A stretch of 64,000 nt of DNA. Origin: Candidatus Hydrogenedentales bacterium (GTDB lineage Bacteria; Hydrogenedentota; Hydrogenedentia; Hydrogenedentales; JAEUWI01). The position numbers and the translations under genes were made by a program. Position 1 is the stretch's first letter, and the number at the start of each line of letters is the position of its first letter. The notes under the pieces are model-generated. The model worked only from the letters and a program-made list of their open reading frames with translations. It did no database searches and had not been told where the DNA came from. The stretch spans positions 3,862,059 through 3,926,058 of the forward strand of contig OW818658.1 in NCBI GenBank assembly GCA_942492815.1, read 5' to 3'. Below, piece by piece: positions 46,601 to 53,929 of the stretch.

Positions 46601-49600
46601 CTCGCCCTCCTCGCTACGCAACTCCAGGTGGACTTCACGGGACTGGACGCCAATCGCGACGAGGCCCTGACTATCGACGAGATCAGCGCCTTCGTGCCGC
46701 TTCTAACCCCCGGCCGCTTCGCCGCCATTGATGAAGACGGTGATGAAGAACTTACGGAGCAGGAACTCGGCGCGGTGGAATCTGTGCTCGCTGTTTCCCT
46801 CCTCACCCAGTTCACGACGCTGGACACGGATGGAAGCGATGGGCTGACCTCGGAGGAAATTAACGCGACCTGCGCCTTCGAGATCCTTTCCGACTCCGGC
46901 GAAGACACGCTGGAAACGGCACAGTCCCGCCTGGTCCGTATTGTATTCGACCCTTCGACCGAGGGCGCGAAAGTCGGCACCCTGCGCGTCGAGGCCAACC
47001 AGCAGGGACAGGGCACACCCATCGTATCCAAAGTCAGTCTCTTTGGCATCGGCAATCGTACCCCGCGGATCGTGGGGCAGAATCCCGTCGCCACAACCGA
47101 AGACACGCCCGTGACGATTATCCTGGATAACCTGGTGGTCGATGCGCCCCTCCTGGACTTCCCGGACGAGATTACGCTGGCATTCCAGCCCCTCCCGGCC
47201 GATGCCAACTACACCCGCGAAGGCACATCAATTATCCCAAACAAGGACTTCAACGGCGTCCTCTTCGTGCCCGTAACGGTGCGCGACGGAAACATCGACA
47301 GCAACGTGTGGAATCTCCGCGTGGACGTTTCCAAAGTAAACGACCCTCCGACCGGCGTGTCCCTGGATGCCAACACGATCCTGGAGAATCAGGTGCTGGA
47401 CACCGTGATTGGTCGCTTCTCCACGGCGGACCCCGATCTGGGTGACCTGCACCTCTACAGCCTCGTTCCCGACGATCCGTCCACGGACGACGATGACTTC
47501 GTGGACAACGAGTTCTTCGGCATCGTGGCCAATCAGCTCGTGAGCCGCGTCGTGTTCGACTTCGAAACTCGGAGCGGGTACACCATCCTCATCCAGAGCC
47601 GGGATCCTCAGGGCCAGACCTTTGAGCGGGCCTTCGGAGTCACGATCGTGGATCAGCCCGACGACGAGGACAATGCGGTGGCTGCCGAGGTTCTCCTCGA
47701 CAACTTTGACAGCATCGACGCGAATCAGGATGGCATACTCGAGTTCGACGAAGCCCTGATTCTTCTCCCCGGCTTCACCCGCGAGCGCTTCGATTCGCTG
47801 AACTTGGAAGTCGAGGTCTCCCTCACTGAAATTCAGGGGGGCATCGGATACACCGCCTCGGCGCAGACCCTCTTCGACAATTTCGACCTGGCCGATGGCG
47901 ATGGCGATGGTCTGCTCACGCTGGCCGAAGCCCGGACCCGCGTGCCCGGCCTTACCGAGGAGGCGTTCGACTACATGGACCTCGATTCGGCCATGCCCCT
48001 GACGCCGTCGGAGCTCCAGACGGCAATTCTGATCTTCGGCGATCTGGATTTCATCCGCGAGAACTTCGAGACGCTCGACGCGGATGGCAGCGGGAGTCTT
48101 ACGCTGGACGAACTGCCCGATTCGCTCTCGGCACTGACGAGGGCAACCTTCGAAGCACTGGACCTGAACCCCGGCCTCTCGCCCCGGGAACTGGAGTCCC
48201 AGGTCGTATGCGTTATCCGCGAAGACGGTGTTCGCTTGATCCAGCCCACCGGCGACCTCCTGGCCCCGCCCGGCGTTCAGGCGCTCGATGTGACCTTCAA
48301 CGCCGAAGCGGACGTTAACATTCAGGGTGCCTGCAGTGCCGACGATATCGAGTTCAGCTTTGACATCGGTGCGGAGAGTATCCTGATCACGGATCTCGCC
48401 GAGTACTTCCTGCAGAACTTCGACGCCCTGGATGCCGACTTCAACGGTGTCCTGGCGGAGTCGGAAGTAGCTTCCAGCCGCATTGGCCTCACCAGCGGCC
48501 GCTTCGTTACGCTCGATTTCGATGGCAACAGCCAGCTCTCCGTTGAGGAGCTGGAGGCGGCAGTCATCCTCTCGGATATCGCCTCTGCCCTTCTGGTCGA
48601 CTTTGCGGCGCTCAATACCGATAACAGCACGGGACTTTCCATTGCCGAGACTCAGGCCACGGCGCTCGACATCGATCAGCTCCGCTACAACTTGCTCGAC
48701 CTCAATCGCAACAGCGTGCTTACCCGCGAGGAGCTTTCGGCGGAAGAGGACCTCCCCGGCTTGCTGCTGGAAAACTTCCAGTCCCTGGATACAGATAGCA
48801 GCGAAACCCTTGACTTGGCCGAAGTTCGCGATCTCCTTCCGGGCCTCTCCGAGGTTCGTTTCGACAACCTCGACGGTGATCGCAACGGTGGACTCGCGCC
48901 GGAAGAGCTACAGGTTGCCGATGATTTCGGTCGGGGCTCAGCGCCTGCCAACCGGAACGGGCAAACCGCGGAATTCAACAAGCAGATTCGCGGCGACACG
49001 CCGGCGGTCTTCACGCTTCCGGTGGACACGGCCTACCGCGTCCGCGTGACGGCCACCCTCACAAGCACCGGCCAGACGGTCCAGTCCGACGACGTTACCT
49101 TCGAGATCCGCAACGGCTCGGACGGGGACGACAACGGTTACCTCGACTTCCCCTTCGAAGAGCTCTTCAACGACGGATCGCGCTGGGAGCGCACGGTCAC
49201 CAGCGTGGGCTGCGAGCGCACCGTGCTGCTCCACGCGTGGCACGGGGCCAACATCCCTGGCCGCGATATTGAGGCCGCATTGGTAAACCCGGCCAATCCG
49301 CAGCAAAGCATCCAACTAACCGTGCCACACGGTCTGGCGGCGGACGGCGAGGAAGCTATTCTCATTGCCGCCATCGCGTGCAGTCCTGAGGCACTCTTTA
49401 CGCGCCAGCAGGCCGACGAAATCGAGGCGTTACCGGAGGACGAGGTAAGCGGCACGCCGTGGATCGCCCTGGAGGTGATCGTCCGTGAAATCGGCGCTGC
49501 CGAGTTTGCCCCGGTGAGCGTGGCCCGGCTGGATGCGCGGCCCGTGACCATTTCCCTCAACCAGCTCGACTTCTCTCCGGAAGATCAGGCGACCTTCTTC

Positions 49601-50212
49601 GTCAACGGGGTGTCGGTTCTCTCGGACGAGATCACCGGCCTCTCGGTCGTACCGGGCGGCGGTTCCTGGACCTCCTCCAACACGGACGAAGCGGTATCGG
49701 ACTTCGGCACCCTCACAGCCACCGTCTCACGGCTGGGCACGCTGGTGGCGCTGGAGTCGCTGAAGCCCCCTATCTTCTCCAGCACCCCCGACATCGACGA
49801 AACCATCAGCCTGGGCGAGGTCCGGGTCAATGAATCTGTGGAGAAGCTCATCACCATTACCAACGACGGTGGCGAGCGCCTGATAGGCACGGCGGAGCTT
49901 CGCGATGCCACGGGCGTGTTCGCTCTGGTCGGCGAAGCGAGCTACAACCTCGGCCACGGCGAGACCCACCAGTTTCTCATACGCTTTTCGCCCCGGGACG
50001 ACACGGCCTACGCCGCCGCCATTACATTTTCCGGCGACCCCGGTGGCCTCCTGACGGCGGCGCTGTCGGGTACGGGCACGCCCGCCAAGGGACTGGGTTG
50101 CGGCCCGGTGGATCGCCCCGGCGAGTGGCCTTGGGGGAATACGCTGGTCGTGGCCCTGACTTTCGCCGGATTGTTGCTCGGGCAACGGCGGTCTTCGAAG
50201 CGTGCCGGGTAA
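37613..50212 (+). CDS. giant (4199 aa) secreted surface protein: N-terminal signal (RR-x-F, Tat-like), 5 near-identical ~127-aa tandem repeats, about 9 cadherin/VCBS-like ~97-aa repeats (VNDAP/VNDGP spacing), a DUF11-like region, an array of more than 20 EF-hand/dockerin-like Ca-binding loops, and a C-terminal hydrophobic helix plus basic tail (sorting-signal-like)
   Basis: Single uninterrupted ORF. Repeats PSAGGN(V/I)TATAPGGGA(T/I)SITEDD(S/A)APGAANIRVTPT... (37.7-39.2 kb). ...TVNAVNDGP/...TPQNDNP/...VNAINDPP periodicity (39.2-43.5 kb). DUF11-like ATLNVTMTADRETAQPGDTVAYTVTATNGGPSDA. EF loops such as DINGDGALS, DLDGDGDGVLSRTELEE, DANQDGILEFDE, DADGSGSLTLDE. C-terminus GEWPWGNTLVVALTFAGLLLGQRRSSKRAG. 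Confidence 0.85.
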   Translation: MILLPGGRRLFDPRLVSSLLLGFGSCLGALPAWAASPSPGGDITATAPGGGATSITEDDTAPGAANVRFTPTTLSDADMGETPDSIRLVSISGGTIAQGDGTAITVSTSGTVLALTAGDLDARFTPDPDRDTAATIQYRVVDEGGGADSTSSTITIDISPADDDAPDAGGAVTATNTSGGAISISEDAAAPGAANIRVTPTTLNDPDTVDDPPTAIRLLAFTGGTVAQSNGSAITLGAGGTALTLTSGRVDLRFTPTANRDTAVTIPYVVVDPSGVNDSSSSNITVNITASADPPSAGGNVTATAPGGGATSITEDDSAPGAANIRVTPTPLSDPDNGQTPASVRLISVAGGTVTQSGGAGITLGASGTVLALSAGNLDLRFTPTADRDTAATISYVVVDPGGISDSAQSTITVNITPDADAPSAGGNITATAPGGGAISITEDAAAPGAANIRVTPTTLTDVDAGETPDSIRLLAFTGGTVAQGDGSAIVLGASGTILALTSGNLDLRFTPAANRDTAVTIPYVVVDPGGVTDSSPSNITVNITAVNDAPTASNGTLASIAEDATNPAGATVSALFGGSFSDVEGTFAGIAVTANPQLASEGVWEYSPPASPGNTWFPIGAVTDTASAPNALVLGTTTMLRFVPTTDFGGTVTSISVRVLDNTYAGLFSSRTGGTQNRVTLNTATNGTPTAISGATNTISHTVISDNDTPSSAQNNLLTLNQGDAATISSALLSYTDTDDVAANLTYTVVAGPTNGALNLGASFTQAAINANSLTYTHNGTVTQSDSFTFNVKDDENATTANATFNITVNLTPTVTTPIADVLVNESAPNSVISLLSSFDDAEDGAGGLTYSVQSTTGSIFNGTPSIAGSNLTVAYPANTPGIGTITIRATDSGGDSIEDTFQVTVNDRPAAAADSGNTNEGTAVTIDVLLNDGDTDGTLTPASVTVTSAPANGSTSVNTSNGRITYTPSGNFNGTNTFQYTVNDNRAATSNAATVTVTVNAVNDGPILTVPGTTQDVAEGASLVFSTANGNPITVADVDADETAMPTGGVNVTLAATKGTFTLASTAGLVNLTGNSSASVSFDATIANASLALNGLTYTPTALLNGAETLTVTVSDKGNTGAGGVLTDSDTIDVSIASTNNPPVITVPGGQSVNEDATTGISGISIADPDAGGGSLTVTLGVAQGRIAVNTAASGGVTAGNITGNNSASVTLAGTLTQLNNTLPTLTFTTASNLVTTQTLTIGANDNGNSGGAAETDSETVTLTITPQNDNPSFSNFPGAQSVNEDTNLVFNAANGNRITAADVDVQENNPGGTLRASLSVGSGTLTLGGTTGLTSVTGNGTATVVVVGSLTNVNNALNGLTYRGTQHYNGPDTLSATLNDLGNTGTGGGGDIAQSVSLTVNAINDPPELTVPGAQTADENVNFPFSATDGNAIVIDDPDADEAPGELVASLSVLQGTLTLANGAGLLASSGSGTATLNMTGTLAALEAALDGLVYRGNLNFNGGDTLSISVDDQGNSGSGGAGTDSAAVEITVDAVNNAPQLVLPGAQTIDEDATASITGISVSDVDAAAGTLVVSLGVGAGRLQVDGTIAGGVQALAIGNNNTNSVTLTGTLGQLNTTLPSLRFTSALNNRTNQTLTVSVNDQGNTGQGGSQIATGTVALNISALNDDPSLSLPGTQTINEETSLTFGIANGNALSVSDPDVAETPGQLRVTLAVARGRLSLATTSGIALVNGTGTNDTSVTFTGVATALNTALNGFSYQPDANVNTESGAAESLSVTVNDQGFTGNGGGGNITGAVPITILAVNDAPELAVPGARTVNEDIDLVFAGSISASDVDVDEATDGTLEISLAVTKGTLTLSGTAGLTIDAPATGTADMTITFRGSLSDVNAALNGLRYRGNADVNGSDTLSLSVSDLGNTGIGGDLDDSATVAITVTPINDAPVASNAALTPVEPLRNENLNAAYTYTDVDTDTESGTIIRWFRNDVLQPAFNNLTEVPGASTVEGEVWYFQVTPGDGTITGAVVQSNSVTIRPVADLQLFITREPNVVVPGEGVAYTFQVRNLGPSPVAAAEVSTVLPAALQNATWTCDACGTSGTGAINETVDLASGETVEYLLAADIDAAATGALVVSGSVLAPALVFETDNSSNSRTNSATLVPEATLNVTMTADRETAQPGDTVAYTVTATNGGPSDARGVFFSDAPDPNSSLIAGSVTTTLGSVVSSGIGGVVVNVGALPLGDSVTIRYAVSVNAPFPAEGREQICTRGLFSGEPNNPDVNFPDTTPDQEVCTAVTAVIELGASNTDTLTFDANADGVVNPGDTIRYTVDISNLGNGGANNVTYTQPAITNGSLIEDSVTASTPGSVVVIDAGALTVNLGSIQGDGSPGSTARITFDLAVANPLPPGTAFLVNQGSLDFEERPSETAPVLTDDPGAVVIEGSDIIQVDGDGNIVRPAPTVTPVFAAPALVVRQGDDITRAEEKQPGDVIQYSVSIENRGDLGALNLSYRVPFRDSEISELELEQVDGGNPLSDVAAALLGNFAVLDVDESAGLSSAELNGSLFALTEQQFNELDTGDARVTLDEDSILVNGTARTNEGGVSELLLNLGSLNGRNPVFTNGPTITITFAVDINPVLRAGTNVIRYQGVADGENHAPVVSDDPETINTAADATQTSVRAVPSLAVVPEILTIDFGDQDIDDGPTATRTVEITNTATATANLSLGFVGLEGASLSDFTIVSDTDEDTLAPGQTRLIALAFDPRSIGGKRASLRVESDDPDDAAVDVNLSGRALDSDIRVTPSTLDFGKRNLLAGPSSPQSVSIINDGLGDLTLDSVSLACGPDIFPVMTQARFDELDINGDGALSRGVGLRRELEDAIDLFDLAEEIISRFSALDVDTSLDISPEEMDLQFPFLTDPRFEALDGDSSGELESAELAAAVRLAGFAESLLNSFDDFDTSLPAGLDFTEAQSILPDLTELEFLDLDGDGDGVLSRTELEERLKLALLATQLQVDFTGLDANRDEALTIDEISAFVPLLTPGRFAAIDEDGDEELTEQELGAVESVLAVSLLTQFTTLDTDGSDGLTSEEINATCAFEILSDSGEDTLETAQSRLVRIVFDPSTEGAKVGTLRVEANQQGQGTPIVSKVSLFGIGNRTPRIVGQNPVATTEDTPVTIILDNLVVDAPLLDFPDEITLAFQPLPADANYTREGTSIIPNKDFNGVLFVPVTVRDGNIDSNVWNLRVDVSKVNDPPTGVSLDANTILENQVLDTVIGRFSTADPDLGDLHLYSLVPDDPSTDDDDFVDNEFFGIVANQLVSRVVFDFETRSGYTILIQSRDPQGQTFERAFGVTIVDQPDDEDNAVAAEVLLDNFDSIDANQDGILEFDEALILLPGFTRERFDSLNLEVEVSLTEIQGGIGYTASAQTLFDNFDLADGDGDGLLTLAEARTRVPGLTEEAFDYMDLDSAMPLTPSELQTAILIFGDLDFIRENFETLDADGSGSLTLDELPDSLSALTRATFEALDLNPGLSPRELESQVVCVIREDGVRLIQPTGDLLAPPGVQALDVTFNAEADVNIQGACSADDIEFSFDIGAESILITDLAEYFLQNFDALDADFNGVLAESEVASSRIGLTSGRFVTLDFDGNSQLSVEELEAAVILSDIASALLVDFAALNTDNSTGLSIAETQATALDIDQLRYNLLDLNRNSVLTREELSAEEDLPGLLLENFQSLDTDSSETLDLAEVRDLLPGLSEVRFDNLDGDRNGGLAPEELQVADDFGRGSAPANRNGQTAEFNKQIRGDTPAVFTLPVDTAYRVRVTATLTSTGQTVQSDDVTFEIRNGSDGDDNGYLDFPFEELFNDGSRWERTVTSVGCERTVLLHAWHGANIPGRDIEAALVNPANPQQSIQLTVPHGLAADGEEAILIAAIACSPEALFTRQQADEIEALPEDEVSGTPWIALEVIVREIGAAEFAPVSVARLDARPVTISLNQLDFSPEDQATFFVNGVSVLSDEITGLSVVPGGGSWTSSNTDEAVSDFGTLTATVSRLGTLVALESLKPPIFSSTPDIDETISLGEVRVNESVEKLITITNDGGERLIGTAELRDATGVFALVGEASYNLGHGETHQFLIRFSPRDDTAYAAAITFSGDPGGLLTAALSGTGTPAKGLGCGPVDRPGEWPWGNTLVVALTFAGLLLGQRRSSKRAG

Positions 50213-50443
50213 CTTCGGAACGGAATACGGGCCCGGACCTCGCCGGTGATCGGTTTGCGCCGCGCACTATAGTATGATAGAGTCGTTCAGAAGATTGTGC
50301 CCGTGTTGGCCGACATGCGCCAGCGGGCGGGCCGGGTGCGCCATGAAGGGCGCATCGGGCGGTTTGGGAGAATGTGGTGCGCGGTGTCCGGCGGCCTCGG
50401 GTCGTTTATTCGGGCCACGGACCTGACATTGAAGGACTCGGCA

Positions 50444-51601
50444 ATGGACTTACGCGTCATCCAGAAAAAGCCCGCCCGCTTCGGAATCGGACTCATGTCG
50501 GGCAGTTCGTGCGATGGTGTCGATGCCGCGCTGGTGCGCATCAAAGGCACGGGCAAGAGCCTGGTGATGAAGCTCATTGCGCACAAGACCTTCCCCTACC
50601 CCGGCTCCTTCAAGAACCGCCTTCTGGACGAGCATCTGTCCGCACGGGATCTCTGCGTGCTCGATTTCGAGCTGGGAGAGCGCCTCGCGGAGGCGGCCCA
50701 GGAACTCATCGCCGAAGCGCCTGAAGATGAAGTATCCGTGGACTTCATCGCCTCCCACGGACACACCGTGGCCCACATCCCCCCCCGCGCCAACGAAAAG
50801 TACGGCACCCTGCAGATCGGCCAGTCCGCTATCATCGCGGAACGCACGGGGCTGCCGGTCATCTCTGATTTTCGCCCGCGCGACATGGCGGCCGGCGGCC
50901 AGGGTGCCCCGCTGGTCCCCTATGCCGACTGGCTCCTCTTCCACAAGCTCAACCGTCCCGTATCGTGCCTCAACATCGGCGGCATCGCCAATTTCACGTG
51001 CGTAACTCCTGATTTCCGCAATGTGCTCGCCTTCGACTCGGGGCCCGGCAACATGGCTATCGACGGCGCCGTGCGCATTCTCACGCGCGGCCTCCAGGAA
51101 ATGGACGAAGACGGGGAGATGGCGTCGAAGGGCATGATCATCGATGAGTTTCTGAACTACTTGCTGGATCACCCCTTCTTTGCCAAGGTACCGCCCAAGA
51201 GCACGGGCCGTGAGGAATTCGGGGTGAACGTCTACCTGCGGGATGCCCTGGCCAGCCGCTCGGAGCACACGCCAGAAGATCTCGTTGCCACGATTACCGA
51301 GGCTGTGTCGCGGAGCATTATCCAGGCCTATGACCGCTTCATCAAGCCGGAGAATCCCGCCGAGCACATCATCGTCGGCGGTGGCGGCGCCCACAACAAG
51401 ACGCTACTGAAGAAACTGAAGGATGGCTTCCGCGACTGCCAGGTCTTCACCAGCGATCAGTACGGCATCCCGACGGACGCGCGCGAAGCCATCGCCTTTG
51501 CGATCCTGGGCAACGAGTGCATCATGGGAACCCCCGCCAACGTGCCCCATGCCACCGGCGCCGAAAAGCGTGTCGTGCTCGGGAAGATTACGCCGGCGTA
51601 A
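50444..51601 (+). CDS. anmK: anhydro-N-acetylmuramic acid kinase
   Basis: N-terminal GIGLMSGSSCDGVDAALV signature of AnmK, plus the remaining conserved blocks. Shine-Dalgarno gaaggac upstream of the ATG at 50444. The listed ORF 50297 start is an unsupported upstream extension. Confidence 0.85.
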   Translation: MDLRVIQKKPARFGIGLMSGSSCDGVDAALVRIKGTGKSLVMKLIAHKTFPYPGSFKNRLLDEHLSARDLCVLDFELGERLAEAAQELIAEAPEDEVSVDFIASHGHTVAHIPPRANEKYGTLQIGQSAIIAERTGLPVISDFRPRDMAAGGQGAPLVPYADWLLFHKLNRPVSCLNIGGIANFTCVTPDFRNVLAFDSGPGNMAIDGAVRILTRGLQEMDEDGEMASKGMIIDEFLNYLLDHPFFAKVPPKSTGREEFGVNVYLRDALASRSEHTPEDLVATITEAVSRSIIQAYDRFIKPENPAEHIIVGGGGAHNKTLLKKLKDGFRDCQVFTSDQYGIPTDAREAIAFAILGNECIMGTPANVPHATGAEKRVVLGKITPA

Positions 51602-51639
51602 GGGGAAGCGCGAACACGTTGCTCAAAGGGGATCGGGCG

Positions 51640-52410
51640 ATGGGCGAGAAACCGTACAATCCGTCGTCTTCAGGACCAGGAGGTCTCCGACCAAGCGGCG
51701 GCTACCGCGAACTGCGGAGCTTTCAGGTCGTCACAATAGTCTACGATGCGACAGTTCTGTTCTGCGAGCGATTTGTTGACCGGCGCTCCCGCACCGTGGA
51801 CCAGATGGTCCAAGCGGCTCGCAGCGTGAGACAGAATATAGCGGAGGGCAGCCGGGCGTCAGCCACTTCGAGCCAGACTGAACTCCATTTGGTGAATGTT
51901 GCCCGATCCAGCCTGGATGAGTTGCTGCTTGACTACGAAGATTTCTTGAGACAACGGAGACTTGCCGCTTGGACCAAGCATAGCCCGGAGGCTATGCGGG
52001 TGCGCGCAATCGGGCGGGACTACAAACACAACCCCTCCGAAGCGGTTGACCCGAATGATCCCGCTACGCAGTTTGGCCCCTATGCGCCGTACATTTGTTC
52101 CGACGACCCTGCGGTGGCGGCGAACACACTGATATGCCTGATCCACCAGGCCAATTACCTGCTGAATCGGCAAATCGCTGGACTGGAAGCTCAATTCATC
52201 AAAGAGGGCGGCTATAGCGAACGTCTCGCGGTCGCAAGAATCGCCTATCGCGCCCAGGCGTCAGGGACTGCGCGCGGTCCGGCGTGCCCGCAATGCGATC
52301 GGCCCATGGCACTGCGCACCGCCCGGAAGGGCCCGAATGCGGGCAGGCAATTCTGGGGGTGCTCGGGCTATCCCGAATGCAAGGGGACGCGCCCACTGGA
52401 CGTGCCGTGA
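51640..52410 (+). CDS. four-helix-bundle protein (23S rRNA intervening-sequence-protein-like, TIGR02436 type) fused to a C-terminal topoisomerase-type C4 zinc finger
   Basis: VRQNIAEGSRASATSSQTELHLVNVARSSLDELL matches the NIAEG...GSxxEL core of four-helix-bundle proteins. C-terminus CPQCDRPMALRTARKGPNAGRQFWGCSGYPECKGTR is a zf-C4_Topoisom-like module. Confidence 0.65.
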   Translation: MGEKPYNPSSSGPGGLRPSGGYRELRSFQVVTIVYDATVLFCERFVDRRSRTVDQMVQAARSVRQNIAEGSRASATSSQTELHLVNVARSSLDELLLDYEDFLRQRRLAAWTKHSPEAMRVRAIGRDYKHNPSEAVDPNDPATQFGPYAPYICSDDPAVAANTLICLIHQANYLLNRQIAGLEAQFIKEGGYSERLAVARIAYRAQASGTARGPACPQCDRPMALRTARKGPNAGRQFWGCSGYPECKGTRPLDVP

Positions 52411-52710
52411 CGTCAAGCGGCCACTGGAGATTCGCCGGGGCTTTCCCTTGGGCTATCGGACGGATCGGTCGGATCGGACCGATCGGATGAGCGAGGCGGC
52501 CTTGGCAAATTGAATAGCCCGCCGAATGATTAAGGGATTCCTCGCCCAAGCCTCCCCTCACACTTCCGGCGCACGTGTGCAAAGGCAAGCAAGCCCCCAG
52601 ACCTCCGATACGCCCGATCCGACCGATCTGTCCGATCTCCCCCTCGCGCAGCTTGAGTTCCCCGATCCTGCGGCGTATCATTTGGCGGCCCCACTCAGGA
52701 GACCCTCGCC

Positions 52711-53844
52711 ATGGGAAAGAAAAAGTACCCCACCCCGCAAGCCCCCGCCTCTGCCCGCGTCCTTTCGGTCGATGCCCTGCGCGGCTTCGACATGTTCTGG
52801 ATTATCGGCGCGGATCACCTGGCCCGTTCTATCGGAAAGGACGCCGCCGAAGGTACCCTCGCCCATGGCATCGCCGCCCAGCTCAAGCACGTCTCGTGGG
52901 ATGGCTTCGTGTTCTACGATCTTATCTTCCCTCTGTTCGTATTCATGCTGGGGATGTCCACCGTCTTTTCCCTGCCCAAATATGTCGAGCAGAACGGCAA
53001 GCGCGCCGCCTACTTTCACATCCTGCGCCGCTTCGTTCTGCTTTTCCTGCTGGGTGCTTTTCGCGATGGAGGTATCGCGGATCTGGCGGGTGAGAGTCCT
53101 TTCAGTGGCGTGCTCCAGCGCATGGCCTGGTGTTATCTGGGCGCTTCGCTCATCTTCCTCAACGTTCGCACCAAGGGCATCGCGGCCATCTTCGTGTTCA
53201 TCCTGATTGCGTACTGGGCCTTGCTCACCTTCGTGCCCCATCCCGATCTTGGCGCCGAAGGCACCACCTTCAACCGCAAAGAGAATATCGTGGACTGGGT
53301 GGACTACAAATTCCTGCCCATGAAGGAAGAAGGGCAATACGCCGAGTCCGAAGGGCTACTGAGTACCTTCCCGGCGATCGCCACCGCTCTGCTGGGTATT
53401 TTCGCCGCGCTGCTGCTTCGTGAAAAGCGCCTGACCGACTGGCAGCGCGTAGGGGTCTATATTGGGGCGGGCGTGTTGATGGTGGCGCTGGGATACCTGT
53501 GGGGACTTCAGTTCCCCGTCATCAAGAAAATGTGGACCTCCAGCTTCGTGCTGGTTGCAGGCGGCTACAGTTGCATTCTGCTGGGCGTTTTTTACGCCAT
53601 TGTCGATGTCTGGAAGGCGCAGCGGTGGTGTGTGCCCCTGATCTGGATTGGCGCCAACCCCTTGATGATCTACATGTGCAGCGAGTTCATTGAGTTCGAA
53701 AAGATCGCCCCCCGCATCGCCGGTGGCCCCGTGGCCGCTATGTTCGGGGACTACGCCCCCCTCTTTGTGAACGCGGTTGCCATTGTCCTGGTCTTCGCCT
53801 TCGCCCGATTCCTCTACGTGCGAAAGATTTTCCTGCGCGTTTAA
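52711..53844 (+). CDS. integral membrane acyltransferase-family protein (DUF5009/DUF1624, heparan-alpha-glucosaminide N-acetyltransferase-like)
   Basis: N-terminal SVDALRGFDMFWIIG motif typical of this family. About 10 predicted transmembrane helices. Confidence 0.65.
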   Translation: MGKKKYPTPQAPASARVLSVDALRGFDMFWIIGADHLARSIGKDAAEGTLAHGIAAQLKHVSWDGFVFYDLIFPLFVFMLGMSTVFSLPKYVEQNGKRAAYFHILRRFVLLFLLGAFRDGGIADLAGESPFSGVLQRMAWCYLGASLIFLNVRTKGIAAIFVFILIAYWALLTFVPHPDLGAEGTTFNRKENIVDWVDYKFLPMKEEGQYAESEGLLSTFPAIATALLGIFAALLLREKRLTDWQRVGVYIGAGVLMVALGYLWGLQFPVIKKMWTSSFVLVAGGYSCILLGVFYAIVDVWKAQRWCVPLIWIGANPLMIYMCSEFIEFEKIAPRIAGGPVAAMFGDYAPLFVNAVAIVLVFAFARFLYVRKIFLRV

Positions 53845-53929
53845 GGTGAGTCCGCACCATTATGAACAACGCGGGAGTTCAGCCCATCAGGTACGCTGAA
53901 CTCCCGCGACTTTTCTGTCTGTTCCGGCC

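Noticed and set aside
37609-47208. Long minus-strand ORFs inside the giant gene (37609..38793, 38306..39718, 40106..41272, 45619..47208 and others)
   Set aside because: Antisense to the repetitive 4199-aa ORF. The repetitive sense sequence generates long antisense open frames, and the translations are Arg/Gly/Ala-rich with no domains.
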